In this document: piece by piece, positions 11,915 to 26,851 of the stretch
Numbering within the stretch: position 1 is the stretch's first letter
Layout of the letters: each line of letters opens with the position of its first letter
Origin: an uncultured Gemmatimonadaceae bacterium
Lineage (GTDB): Bacteria > Gemmatimonadota > Gemmatimonadetes > Gemmatimonadales > Gemmatimonadaceae
Length of the DNA: 64,000 bases
Direction of reading: 5' to 3'
Assembly: GCA_963843845.1 (NCBI GenBank)
Contig: CAWJMB010000002.1
Span: 1,184,001 to 1,248,000, forward strand
Notes under the pieces: generated by a model
What the model was told of the DNA's origin: nothing
Database searches by the model: none
Seen by the model: the letters and a program-made list of their open reading frames with translations, nothing else
Position numbers and translations under genes: made by a program

Positions 11915-12897
11915 CGTCCGCCGAGCGGCGGGAGACGAGCGCCGGGCCCGACGAGTCCTTCTTCGCGCACAGTCACGCGATCGTGGAGAGCGCGCACGTC
12001 GGGCCGCGAACGCGGATCTGGGCGTTCGCCCACGTGCTGCCGGGCGCGCGCATCGGCGCGGACTGCAACGTCTGCGACGGCGTCTTCGTCGAGAACGACG
12101 TGGCGATCGGCGACCGCGTCACGATCAAGTGCGGGGTCCAGCTGTGGGACGGGGTGACGCTCGAGGATGACGTCTTCGTCGGGCCGAACGCGACGTTCAC
12201 GAACGATCTCTTCCCGCGCAGTCGGCAGCAGCCCGCGCAGTACGTCCGGACCCGCGTTCGTCGCGGCGCGTCGCTCGGCGCGAACTCGACGATCCTGGCC
12301 GGCGTGACGATCGGCGAGCGTGCGATGGTCGGCGCCGGCGCGGTCGTGACGCGCGACGTGCCGCCCGGCGCCGTCGTCGTCGGCAACCCGGCGCGCGTCA
12401 CGGGGTGGGTGGACGCGCGTCGGGTCACGGTGCCGCCGCTGCAGGCCGGCCCGCGCGACGCCGCGCCGCTCCCCGAGCTCCGGGTGCGCGGCGCACGAGT
12501 GCACCGCCTTCCGCGTCTGACCGACGCACGCGGGTCGCTGTCGTTCGCCGAGATCGGCGCGCAGCTGCCGTTCACGCCGCACCGCTACTTCCTGATCTCC
12601 GACGTCGCGGACGGAAGCCTTCGCGGAGAGCACGCACACCGCGAGCTGCACCAGTTCGTCGTCTGCGTACACGGCTCGTGTCGCCTCGTCCTCGACGACG
12701 GACTGACGCGCGAGGAACTGTCGCTCGACTCGCCGGAGCTCGGCGTCCACGTCGCACCGCTGACGTGGACGACGGTGATGCACGCCTCCCGGGCGACGAC
12801 CGTGCTCGTCCTCGCCTCCGACGTCTACAAGGAGTCGGATTACGTGCGCGACCACGACGAGTTCCTGCGCCTCACGCAAGCCCGCGGGGCCGGATGA
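11911..12897 (+). CDS. WxcM-like bifunctional N-acetyltransferase (FdtC-like) / 3,4-ketoisomerase (FdtA-like cupin)
   Basis: N-terminal hexapeptide repeats ([11 protein letters not shown]), C-terminal DARGSL...RGEHAH cupin; GTG overlaps the rfbA stop. Confidence 0.88.
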   Translation: MTSAERRETSAGPDESFFAHSHAIVESAHVGPRTRIWAFAHVLPGARIGADCNVCDGVFVENDVAIGDRVTIKCGVQLWDGVTLEDDVFVGPNATFTNDLFPRSRQQPAQYVRTRVRRGASLGANSTILAGVTIGERAMVGAGAVVTRDVPPGAVVVGNPARVTGWVDARRVTVPPLQAGPRDAAPLPELRVRGARVHRLPRLTDARGSLSFAEIGAQLPFTPHRYFLISDVADGSLRGEHAHRELHQFVVCVHGSCRLVLDDGLTREELSLDSPELGVHVAPLTWTTVMHASRATTVLVLASDVYKESDYVRDHDEFLRLTQARGAG

Positions 12898-14069
12898 GCG
12901 ACCGACGCCGTCCACACTCGGCGGAGCCGGTGTCGAGCGCCCGCGCCGGGTCGGTGCCATTCCTCGATCTGCGCGCGCCGTACGTCGAGCTTCGCGCGGA
13001 GCTCGACGAGGCCATGCAGCGCGTGCTCGACAGCGGCTGGTTCCTCCTCGGCGACGCGCTGCGCACGTTCGAGGCGTCGTTCGCCGCCTACGCGAACGCG
13101 CGGCACTGTGTGGGCGTGGCGAACGGGCTGGACGCGTTGCGACTCGCCCTGCTGGCGCTCGACGTCGGTCCCGGGGACGAGGTGATCGTCCCGTCCAACA
13201 CGTACATCGCGACGTGGCTCGCCGTCTCGCAGGTCGGCGCGACGCCGGTGCCCGTCGAGCCAGAACCCGACACGTACAACCTCGACCCCGACCGTCTCGA
13301 GGCGGCGATCACGCCGCGGACCAGGGCGATCCTGCCGGTGCATCTCTACGGGCAGCCGGCGAACCTGCCCGCCATCCGTCGCATCGCGCGACGACACGCG
13401 ATTCGCGTGATCGACGACGCGGCCCAGGCCCACGGCGCGCGGATCGAGAGCCGCCGCGTCGGCGACCCGGCGCTCGCCGACGTGACGGCGTGGAGCTTCT
13501 ACCCCGGCAAGAATCTCGGAGCGTTCGGCGACGGCGGTGGGATCACGACCGACGACGACGCCATCGCCGACCGCCTCCGCGTGCTCCGCAACTACGGATC
13601 GCGCGTGAAGTACGTGAACGAAGTCGAGGGCACGAACAGTCGGCTCGACGAGTTGCAGGCGGCCGCGCTCAGCGTGAAACTCCGTCACCTCGACGCGTGG
13701 AACGCACGCAGAGCTCGTCAGGCGGCACGCTACGACGACGCGCTCGCCGGCCTGCCGCTCGTGCTGCCGGTCGTCCCGTCCTGGTCGCACCCGGCGTGGC
13801 ATCTGTACGTCGTCCGGAGCCCGGCGCGCGACCGCCTGCAGCGGCATCTGACCGACGCGGGGATCGGAACGCTCATTCACTACCCGATCCCCCCGCATCG
13901 GCAGCAGGCCTACGCGCACCTCGGCTATCCGGCCGACGCCTTCCCGATCGCCTCGCGCATCGCCGACGAGATCCTGAGCCTGCCGATCGGTCCGCACCTG
14001 AGCGACGACCACCAGTCGCGCGTCGTCGACGCCGTCCGGACGTTCGACTTCGGAGGAGCAGGGAGCTGA
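12894..14069 (+). CDS. fdtB: DegT/DnrJ/EryC1/StrS aminotransferase, FdtB-like (sugar C3 transaminase)
   Basis: VPFLDL, VANGLDAL, DAAQAHG, SFYPGKNLGAFGDGG, NSRLDELQAA. Confidence 0.85.
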   Translation: MSDRRRPHSAEPVSSARAGSVPFLDLRAPYVELRAELDEAMQRVLDSGWFLLGDALRTFEASFAAYANARHCVGVANGLDALRLALLALDVGPGDEVIVPSNTYIATWLAVSQVGATPVPVEPEPDTYNLDPDRLEAAITPRTRAILPVHLYGQPANLPAIRRIARRHAIRVIDDAAQAHGARIESRRVGDPALADVTAWSFYPGKNLGAFGDGGGITTDDDAIADRLRVLRNYGSRVKYVNEVEGTNSRLDELQAAALSVKLRHLDAWNARRARQAARYDDALAGLPLVLPVVPSWSHPAWHLYVVRSPARDRLQRHLTDAGIGTLIHYPIPPHRQQAYAHLGYPADAFPIASRIADEILSLPIGPHLSDDHQSRVVDAVRTFDFGGAGS

Positions 14070-14100
14070 GCGCGCTCCGGGAGGTGACCGCGACGGCGAG

Positions 14101-16103
14101 TCAGCCCGGCCGGAACACGTCCATCGCCAGCTCCACTCGCCCGAACGGCGCCGACACTTGCACGCCCTGCACCTCCGGCCGCACGCGCGCCAGCATCTCG
14201 CGCGCGATCGCGATCCCCTCGGCCAGCGCGTGCTCCTTCGACCGCTCGTTCGCCGCGCGCATGCGCTCGCAGGACCGCGTCGGGCACGGTCACGCCGGGC
14301 ACCTCGTTCGCCAGGAACTCCGCGTTGCGCGCCGAGACGAGCGGCCAGATGCCGGCGATCGACGGGGATGCGCGATGTCGTCGATCGTCCGCAGGAAGCG
14401 CTCGAGCTGCGCCGCGTCGAACACCGGCTGCGTGATCGCGTACTCCGCGCCCGCCTCGACCTTCCACGCGAAGCGCTGTCGCTCGTGCGCCGGGTCGATC
14501 GGCGGCGGGATTCACGCCCACGCCGATCGCGAACCGCGTCGGCGTGCCGATCGCGTTCGTCGCCCGGGTCGAGTCCGCGATTGAGGTTGCGCGACGAGGT
14601 TCGTCAGCCCGATCGCGTCGATGTCGAAGACCGCGGTCGCGTCGGGGTAGGGGCCCATCTTCGGCGGGTCGCCGGTGATGAGCAGCAGGTTGCGCAGGCC
14701 GAACGCCGATGCGCCGAGCAGGTCGCTCAGCATGCCGAGCAGGTTGCGGTCGCGGCAGGCGTAGTGCGTCACGCTCTCGATGCCCGACCTGCTGCTCGAT
14801 GAGCAGCGCTCGTCGCGATCGCGCCCATGCGGCTCTGCGCGCGCGGGCCGTCGGGCACGTTGATCGCGTCGACGCCGGCGGCGTGCAGCGTCGCCGCGTC
14901 GCGCAGCAGCTTCGCCGTGTCGACCCCGCGCGGCGGCACGATCTCGACCGACGTGACGAAGTCGCCACGCGCGATCTTGCCGCCGAAGCGCGAACGCTCG
15001 GCGAAGCGGAACGGCGGCCCTGCCGGCCGGCCGGGACTCGGCGCTCGGCGAGTCGCGGAGTCGGGCTGATCGCCGACCGACTCCCGAGACGCGAGTCGCC
15101 GGCTGCCCGGGCGCGTCCAGCGTCGCTCGCCATCGCCCGCTCCACGCGCAGCGACGCGCCATCGCCTTGATGTGCTCCGGCGTGGTGCCGCAGCAGCCGC
15201 CGACGACCTTCGCGCCCGCCTGCACGAGGTGCCGCGCGTACGTCGCGATGTACTCGGCGCTCGCCATGTAGATGCGGCGGCCGCCGACGTCGCGCGGCAT
15301 GCCGGCGTTCGGCATCGCGCTCAGCTTGCGCGTCGTGACGGCAGCCATCTGCTCGATCGCCTCGAGGATCGTCTGCGGACCGACCGAGCAGTTGAGGCCG
15401 ATGACGTCGGCGCCCCAGCGCGTCGAGCGCGCGCGCCGACGTCTTCCGGTGTCGCGCCGTAGGGCGTGTGCAGATCGACGCCGATGGTCGATCTGCGCGA
15501 CGACCGGCATCGCGGGGTCGACCTCGCGCGCGGCGCGGATCGCCTGCTCCAGCTCGTGCAGGTCGCCGAACGTCTCGAGCATGAAGAGGTCGCCCCGCCC
15601 GCGCTCGAGGGCGGCCATCTGCTCGCGAAACATCGCCCGCGCCTCGTCGCGCGACGTCGGGCCGTACGGCTCGATGCGCACGCCGAGCGGGCCCGACGGC
15701 GCCGGCGACGAGCACGGGTGCTGCCGACGCCCTCCGGGTCCCGCGCCCGGTCCGCCGCCTCGCGCGCCAGCTCGGCCGCGCGACGGTTGATCGCCGTCGA
15801 CCTGCGCCTCGAGCCCGTACGTGCGCGAGCTTGCCGGTTCGCGCCGAAGCTGTTCGTCTCCAGCACCTCGGCGCCGGCCTGCACGTACGCGCGGTGGACG
15901 TCGCGCACGAGGTCGGGCGCGCGCAGCGCCAGCTCGTCGTAGCACTGGTTGATGAACACGCCCGCGCGCGTACAGCTCGTGCCCATCGCCCCGTCGAACA
16001 GCACGATCTCGGCGGGGTCGAGCAGACGAGCGATGGCAGCCGTCCGATCGGCCGCGACGGCAGGCGACGCGAGCGCCGGATCGGTCAGAGGTGTAGTGGG
16101 CAT
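14101..16103 (-). CDS. Bifunctional homocysteine S-methyltransferase / methylenetetrahydrofolate reductase (YitJ-type), frameshifted
   Basis: FDGAMGT, ETNSFGAN, GLNCSVGP, PNAGMP, GGCCGTTPEHI, then HYACRDRNL, ITGDPPK (MetF domain); stop at 14101-14103. Confidence 0.9.
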
Positions 16104-16108
16104 CGAGA

Positions 16109-16126
16109 CATAAATATATCCTTATG
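16109..16126. promoter_or_regulatory. Palindromic operator CATAA-N8-TTATG (putative SahR site 1)
   Basis: CATAAATATATCCTTATG, an AT-rich island 5 bp upstream of the YitJ-type ATG; near-identical copy at 17408. Confidence 0.75.
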
Positions 16127-17345
16127 CTTCGCAAGTCGACCCCGGTCCGGTCACGGGCCGCGATCGGACGTACGTGAACCGCGCCTTCAGCCGCAGGAAC
16201 GGCGACTCGAGCACACGATACGAGATCGCGGCGAGCGTCAGGGTGAGAGTGGCACCGATCGCGCCGCGCGGGACGAGCTCCGCCCCGCCCGCCCTCGGAA
16301 TCGCCGCCTCCGCGACGGTGAGGGCGAGCGAGTGGAACACGTACAGGCCATACGAGATGCGCCCGCCGTACAGGATCGCCGGCGTCGTGAGCACGCTGCG
16401 CGAACGCGTGCGCGCGCCGTGCGCCAGACACGCGACGATGAGGCAGACGCTGCCGATGGTCACGAGCGGGTAGGCGACGAGCGCGTTGCGCCCCGAGTAG
16501 CCGTTCAGGAGCCCGACGAGCGGCCAGACGGCGAGGCCGAACGCCAGCAGTCCGCCGGTCTGCCAGCCCGCCAGCGTCGGCCGCTCGCCACGCAGCGCGA
16601 CGGCGAGCACGCACCCGGCCGCGAACGGATCGAGGTGGGTGATGGTGCTCGTCCAGACCATGCTGTGCGCCGAGTGCCGCAGCACGAACAGCCATCGGCC
16701 GAGGAAAGCCGCGACGAACATCACGACGGCGATCCGCACGATCGACTGTGGACCGAAGCGTCGGAGCAGCAGCGGCCAACAGACGTAGAACTGCTCCTCG
16801 ATCGACACGCTCCACAGCAGCGCCGTCACCGACGCCGGGAAGCCCAGAAACGCCGTCGTCCAGTTGCCGAGGAAGAGCAGCGAGGCGAGCAGCTGCGGGC
16901 CGCCGATGTGCTCGTGCGCCATGAAGCGGCGCAGGACGATCACGGCGAAGGCGATGAACGCGAAGTACAGTGGCCAGATGCGGAGCGCGCGGCGCACGTA
17001 GAACGCCGGAACGTCGATGCGCCCGCGCCTCGCGTGCTCGCGGATCAGCAGCTCCGTGATGAGGTACGAGCTGAGGGCGAAGAAGAGGTCGACGGCGAAC
17101 CCGAGACCCCACGCCGTCGTGGCGACGAAGCGCGCGACGACGACCGGCACCCACGCCGGATAGGCACCCGGATCGTGCGGCAGCCAGTGGTGCGTGAACA
17201 CCGCCGCGAACGCGAACAGTCGGAGCGCGTCGAGCTCGGGACGGTAGAAGCGCTGGGCGGAGTCGCGCGCGTACACCAGGGTCGATGGCTCGTGACGACG
17301 GGACGCAGGTGCCCGCGATCCGAGCGACGGATCTCGCGGCCGCAT
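16122..17345 (-). CDS. Acyltransferase_3 family (OafA/YrhL-like) membrane O-acyltransferase; real start probably somewhat downstream
   Basis: YRPELDALR, VDLFFALSSYLIT, FYVRRALRIWPLY, WSVSIEEQFY, GRISYGLYVFH, ESPFLRLK. Confidence 0.9.
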   Translation of the reverse strand: MRPRDPSLGSRAPASRRHEPSTLVYARDSAQRFYRPELDALRLFAFAAVFTHHWLPHDPGAYPAWVPVVVARFVATTAWGLGFAVDLFFALSSYLITELLIREHARRGRIDVPAFYVRRALRIWPLYFAFIAFAVIVLRRFMAHEHIGGPQLLASLLFLGNWTTAFLGFPASVTALLWSVSIEEQFYVCWPLLLRRFGPQSIVRIAVVMFVAAFLGRWLFVLRHSAHSMVWTSTITHLDPFAAGCVLAVALRGERPTLAGWQTGGLLAFGLAVWPLVGLLNGYSGRNALVAYPLVTIGSVCLIVACLAHGARTRSRSVLTTPAILYGGRISYGLYVFHSLALTVAEAAIPRAGGAELVPRGAIGATLTLTLAAISYRVLESPFLRLKARFTYVRSRPVTGPGSTCEA

Positions 17346-17407
17346 GTCGCTCCGTCGAAGCTAGCCGTGTGCGGCGGTCCGACTGTGGCGCCTGTACGGC
17401 GTCGAGG

Positions 17408-17425
17408 CATAAATATATGCTTATG
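17408..17425. promoter_or_regulatory. Palindromic operator CATAA-N8-TTATG (putative SahR site 2)
   Basis: CATAAATATATGCTTATG, 17/18 identical to site 1, ~85 bp upstream of the ArsR-methyltransferase gene. Confidence 0.75.
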
Positions 17426-17509
17426 TTTCAAGGCTGACGCTCGATCCTTCGGCTGGCTCGCGTTCGCCCCGCTGCCCACTCCTGGTTCCGCTCTCTGACC
17501 TCTCGAGTC

Positions 17510-18504
17510 ATGGATGTCGTGCTGAACGCGCTCCGCGCTGCTGGTGAGCGAACGCGACTGCGGCTCCTCGCGCTCCTCGGCGCCGGCGAGCTGACCGTCG
17601 GCGAGCTGGCCGGGATCCTCGGCCAGAGCCAGCCTCGCGTGTCGCGCCATCTGAAGCTGCTCTGCGATGCCGGGCTGCTCGACCGCTACCCCGAAGGCAC
17701 GTCGGTCTTCTATCGTCTCGCCGAGCGCGGCGACGCGGTCGCGCTGGCGCGCACGGCGCTGGACCGGCTGCCGCCCGACGACGCGACGCTCGCCGCCGAC
17801 CGCGACCGACTCGACGCGGTGCGCCGCGCCCGCGCCGCGACCGCCGACGCCTACTTCCGTCAGGCCGCCGCCGACTGGGACCGCACGCGCTCGCTCTACG
17901 CCGACGAGCGCGAGGTCGAGCGCGTCATGCTCGATGCGCTCGGCGCGCTCGACGCGTCGAGCGCCCACGAGCTCGGGGACGTGCTCGACGTCGGGACCGG
18001 GACCGGCCGCATCCTGGAGCTGCTCTCGCCGAACGCGCGCCGTGCCGTCGGCGTCGACCTGAGCCCGGCGATGCTCGGCGTCGCGCGCGCCACGGTCGAC
18101 GCGGCGGCGCGGCCGAACGCGCAGGTGCGCCACGGCGACATGTATCACCTGCCGTTCGCGCCGGCGTCGTTCGACGTGATCGTCTTTCACCAGGTGCTGC
18201 ACTACGCCGACGACCCCGCCTCCGCCGTGGCGGAAGCGGCGCGCGTGCTCCGACCGGGCGGCCGCGTCCTCGTCGTCGACTTCGCGCCGCACACGCTCGA
18301 GTTCCTCCGCGCCGAGCACGCCCACCGCCGGCTCGGCTTCAGCGACCGCGAAGTGGGGAGCTGGTTCCGCGCGGTCGGGCTGGCGCCGGCCGCGCCGCGC
18401 GTCGTGCCGGGCGAGCCGCTCGACGTCGTGGCGTGGCTCGCGACGCGCACCGCCGCCGGAACCGTTAGGCACCTCGACTCGCCCGAACTGCACACCGCCA
18501 TCTC

Positions 18505-18508
<4 letters not shown>
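17510..18508 (+). CDS. sahR: ArsR-family regulator fused to a class I SAM-binding methyltransferase domain (SahR-type)
   Basis: N-terminal TRLRLL...[12 protein letters not shown]...VFYRL winged helix; C-terminal [20 protein letters not shown]; translationally coupled to metH. Confidence 0.8.
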
Positions 18509-22299
<3,791 letters not shown>

Positions 22300-22395
22300 A
22301 CGCACGCCCCGGCGCGATGCGCCGGGGCGTGCGTCGTGGCGTGCGTCGTGGCACGCGGAGGAGCGACCGCCAGATGCCCGGGTCGCTCCTCCGCG
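22300..22395. terminator. Two back-to-back perfect hairpins between convergent genes
   Basis: 16-bp stem 22300-22334 and 15-bp stem 22354-22395. Confidence 0.6.
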
Positions 22396-22401
22396 CTCAC
22401 G

Positions 22402-25400
22402 TCATGACGAGCAGGTGCCGTTGCGGCACGTCACGGTGCGCGTGAGCGACCGCGACGTGCCGCCGGCGTTCGTGACCTTGAGCGTCACGGTGTAGGTCCG
22501 GTCCACGTTGTCGGCGTAGACGTGGTACGTCCAGCCGTCGCTCTCGGTCTGCGTGCCGCCGTCGCCCCACGTCCACGTCCACGACACCGTGTTGGTCGAC
22601 GTGCGAGCGTCGAACCCGCAGGCCGTTCGATAGCATACGACGTCGAGGAGCTTCGGGACGGGCGGCGAGGCGACCGTGACAGTGACCGAGCCGCTCTTGC
22701 CGCCGGTCGCCGCGGTGATCGTGGCGCTCCCCGGGGCGACGGCCGTCACGACGCCCGACGACGACACGGTCGCGACGCTCGTGTTCGAGCTGGTCCAGGT
22801 GATCGTGCGGCCGGTGATGGCACGCCCCGAGGCGTCCTTCGGCGTCGCCGTCGCCGTCGTCGTCTGCCCGACCTCGAGCGACGCGTCGCCGACACTCGCC
22901 GTGACCGACGCGACGGTCGCACCGCTCACCGTCACGCTGACCGATCCGCTCTTCCCCTCGCTGGTCGCGGTGATCGTCGCCGACCCGGTCGTCACCCCGG
23001 TGACCAGTCCCGACGACGAGACGGTCGCCACGCTGGTGTTCGAGCTCGTCCACGTCACCGTGCGCCCGGTCAGCACCGCTCCCGCGGCGCTCTTCGTCGT
23101 CGCCGTCGCCTGCGACGTCTGCGGAACCGTGAGGCTGGCGTCCGCGATCGTCACCGTCACGGTCGCCACGGGGATGGTCACGGTGACCGCCACCGTCCCG
23201 CTCTTCCCCCACTCGCCGCCGTGATCGTCGCCGAGCCGGCCGCGACGGCCGTGACGAGACCCGACGACGACACCGTCGCGACGGCCGTGTTCGAGCTCGT
23301 CCACGTCACGGTGCGCCCGGTCAGCACGTTGCCGCTCGCGTCCTTGAGCGTCGCCGTCGCCTGCGAGGTCTGCGGGAGCGTCAGACTGGCGTCGCCGATC
23401 GCGACGCTCACCGTGGCGACCGGCGCGACGGTGACCGTGACGGTCACCGTGCTGCTCTTTCCCTCACTCGTCGCGGTGATGATCGCCGTGCCTGGCCCGA
23501 CGGCGGTGACGACTCCGGCGGACGACACCGTGGCGACGCTCGTGTTCGAGCTGCTCCAGGTGACGGGGCGCCCCGTCAGGGCGGCGCCGGAGGCGTCCCT
23601 GGGCGTCGCCGTCGCGGCCGCGGTCTGACCTGTCTCGAGACTCGCGTCGGCGATCGCGACGCTCACGGCCGCGACCGGCACCGCCGTCACGGTGACCGTC
23701 ACCGACCCGCTCTTCCCTTCGCTCGTCGCCGTGATCGTCGCCGACCCCGGCGCGCCGCCGGTGACGACGCCCGACGCCGAGACCGCGGCGACGGCGGTGT
23801 TGGAGCTCGACCACGCGATCGCCCGTCCCGTCAGGACGGCGCCGGACGCGTCTTTCAGCGTCGCCGTCGCCGTCGTCGTCTGAGCCGCGGCGATGGTCGC
23901 GTTCGCGATCGTCACGGCCACCGTCGCGACAGGGACAGCCGAGACCGTGACCGTCACGGCGGCCGACTTCCCCTCGCTCGTCGCCGTGATGGTCGCCGAC
24001 CCGGGCGCGACCGCGGTGACGACACCGCTGGCCGATACCGTGGCCACCGCGGCGTTCGACGTCGACCACGTCACGACCCGACCGGTGAGGATGTTCCCGG
24101 CGGCGTCCGCGGGTCTCGCGACCGCCGTCGCCGTCTGCCCCGCGACGAAGGTGGTCGTCGGGATCGAGACGGTGATCGTGGCGACCGGGAGTGGTGCCGG
24201 CGGCGCCACGGTGAGCGTGGCCGAGCCGCTCTTGCCCTCGCTCGTCGCCGTGATCGACGCCGTGCCGACGGCGACCGCCGTCACGATGCCGACCGGCGAG
24301 ACGGTGGCCACCGCGGGGTTCGAGCTCGACCAGGCGACGGCGCGGCCCGTCAGCACCGCGCCGCCGGCGTCGGTCAGGGTGGCCGTCGCCGTGGTGGTCT
24401 GCAGCGGTCCGAGGCTCCCCGCGGCGAGCGTGACGGCGACGTTGGCCACCGCCGCCGCCGCCGGGGCGGTGACGGTGATCTCGATCGAGTGCGTGCGCCC
24501 CTCGCTCGTGGCGGTGAGCACCGTGGTGCCGACCGCCACACCGGTCACGAGGCCGGTCGCGGACACGGTGGCGATGCTCGGGCTCGAGCTCGTCCACGAG
24601 ACCGGCCGCCCGACGAGCACGTTGCCGAACACGTCACGCGCGGTCACCGACGCCTGGCTCGTGCGCCCGGCCTGCACGCTCTGGCCGGGCAGGTACACGG
24701 TCACGTTGGCGATCGGGGCCGGCGGCGGCGCACCGCCCGCCGACCAGCGCTGCGCGACCGACCCGTCGCAGACCTGGAGCACGACGCGGACGTACGACAC
24801 GTCGGGAACCGCCGCGGCGCAGCTGCCGGTCGCGAGCCGGAGCTCGCCGCTCGCCGTCAGCGTCCACTTCTGCGTGTCCCACCCCGAGCAGGTGTAGTTC
24901 CCCAGCGGTTGGCCGACGACCCCGTTGTTGAAGCCGGTGAGGCATCCGGCGGCCGCCGTGAGCGAGATCGTCGCCTGCGTCCCGACCGGTGGCACCGTCC
25001 ACGTCTGCCCGAGCGACCCACCGACGCACGGCCCGACGGTGTTCAAGGTGAGGTTCTCGGTCATCGACAGGCAGCCGTAGCCGGTCGCGCTGACGAGCGG
25101 CGCGCCGCCGCCCGGGATCGTCGGATACGTGACGAGCACGCGCGCGCGTGGCGCGACGACTCCGCCACTCGCCGCGGAGATGGTCGTCAGCCCCGATCCG
25201 ACGGCGGTGATCGCGCCCGACGCGCTGACGGTCGCCACGTACGGATCCGAGCTCGTCCACGTGACCGGCTGCCCGGCGAGCACGGTACCGGACGCATTCT
25301 TGACCGTCACGCTCGCCGTCACCGACTGCGCGACCACGAGCGTCGTGAGCGGCACGCTCATGTCGACGCGCGCGACTGCGCTGGTCGCCGCCGCGTTGCC

Positions 25401-26678
25401 CAGGAATCCGGTGTAGAGCAACAAGTTCGGCGTGCCGACCGGCAGATCCGTCAGGCCGGCCCGGAACGCGATGGCGTTCGGCGTCGCATTGCTCACGAGC
25501 GCCGCGCTGACCTCGGCCGGGCTCGCGGTCGGGTGGAGCTGGAGGTACAGAGCCGCCGCCCCGGTCACGAAGGGCGCCGCCATCGACGTGCCGCTCGACA
25601 CCCCGGTCGCCGTGGTGCCGCCGATCCAGTCCGACGTGATGTCGAGCCCCGGCGCGAAGAGATCGACGCACGGACCGGTCTTCGAGAAGCCCGCGACGAC
25701 GTCGCCAGACGCCGACGCGCCGACGGTGATCGCATTGCGCGCGCGTCCGGGCGAGAAGTCACACGCATCGGTCGAGATCCCCTCGACGTTCGCCTGGTTT
25801 CCCGCGGCGACGACGTACGTGACGCCAGACGCGATGGACGTCGCGATGGCCTGGTCGAGCGCGTCCGAGGCGCCGACCGAGATGCTCATGTTCGCGACCG
25901 CCGGGAGCCGACGATTCGCGGTCACCCAGTCGACGCCGGCGAGGATCGTCGACACCGGCTGCGAGAGGTTGCACGGCAGCACGCGCACGGCGACGAGCGA
26001 CGCCTGCTTCGCGACGCCGACCCCGGTCCCCGCAGCGATGCCGCCGACGTGCGTCCCGTGTCCGTGGCAGTCGATCCCGGTGCCGTTCGAATCGACGAAA
26101 TCGGCGCCCAACGACGCGCGGCCGCCGAAATCGGCGTGACCGTAGTTGAGCCCCGTGTCCAGGATGTAGATCGTGACGCCCGCCCCGGTGGCGTTGTAGG
26201 TGTAGTTCCCGTCGCCGCCGGCGCGCTGGTCGACGCGGTCGAGCCACCAGGGGACGCCGCTCTGCACCGCCGCGCCGCGCGCCATCTGGTCCTGCTCGAC
26301 GAACGCGACGTTGGCGTCGTCGGCGATGCGCTGCGCGTACGACTCCGGAATGTTGAGCGTGATCCCCTTGATGGCCGACCCGTACCGCCGTACGACACGC
26401 CCGCCGAACTGGGCGAGGATCTGGTCAGCGACGTTGTTCGGATCGGAGATGCTCTCCTTGAACACGACGATGTACTGGTCGGCGATCCACTCGCGCGCCA
26501 CACCGGCCGTGGGGGGCATCGAGGCCGCGCTCAACAGCTTCGTGGGGTGCCGCTCGATCGGGGCGATCGGCGGCTCGGAGAGGTCGGAGCATGCGAGGCC
26601 GACCATCAGGAACGGCACCGCCGCGGAGAGGCGTGCGAACGGCCCGCGCCACGAAGGCGCGCGGGGTGATGAGAACAT
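22402..26678 (-). CDS. S8 subtilase (proteinase K/aqualysin type): I9 propeptide, S8, Big_2, ricin-B lectin, eight further Big_2 repeats, C-terminal PKD; one frameshift near 23210
   Basis: ILDTG / HGTHV / GTSMA triad; QTW/QKW/QRW ricin motifs; nine WxSS/TxxxVATVS-type repeats; WTWGDG...YTVTLKV PKD; possible lipobox GLAC. Confidence 0.88.
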
Positions 26679-26851
26679 GAAGCGGGTGCTTGAAGTGAGC
26701 GACGGAGGCGGGCTGACCCAGCCGTGGAGCGGCGGTCAGGGTCATCGGCGGGCTACCCACCGACGATTGCAATTACGGCTCAGTCTGTCAAGCAGATTCT
26801 TCTCGCGCGTGACCTGGCGCACGCCACGACGCGTCGCTCCCCACTAGCGAC

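Noticed and set aside
16103..17429. Repeat-flanked acyltransferase as an IS or integron cassette
   Set aside because: No transposase or integrase, no terminal inverted repeats or attC-like structure; kept only as a direct-repeat observation
22680..24700. Periodic ~250-bp repeats as a CRISPR or non-coding array
   Set aside because: They are in-frame Big_2 domain repeats of the subtilase, with no repeat-spacer structure
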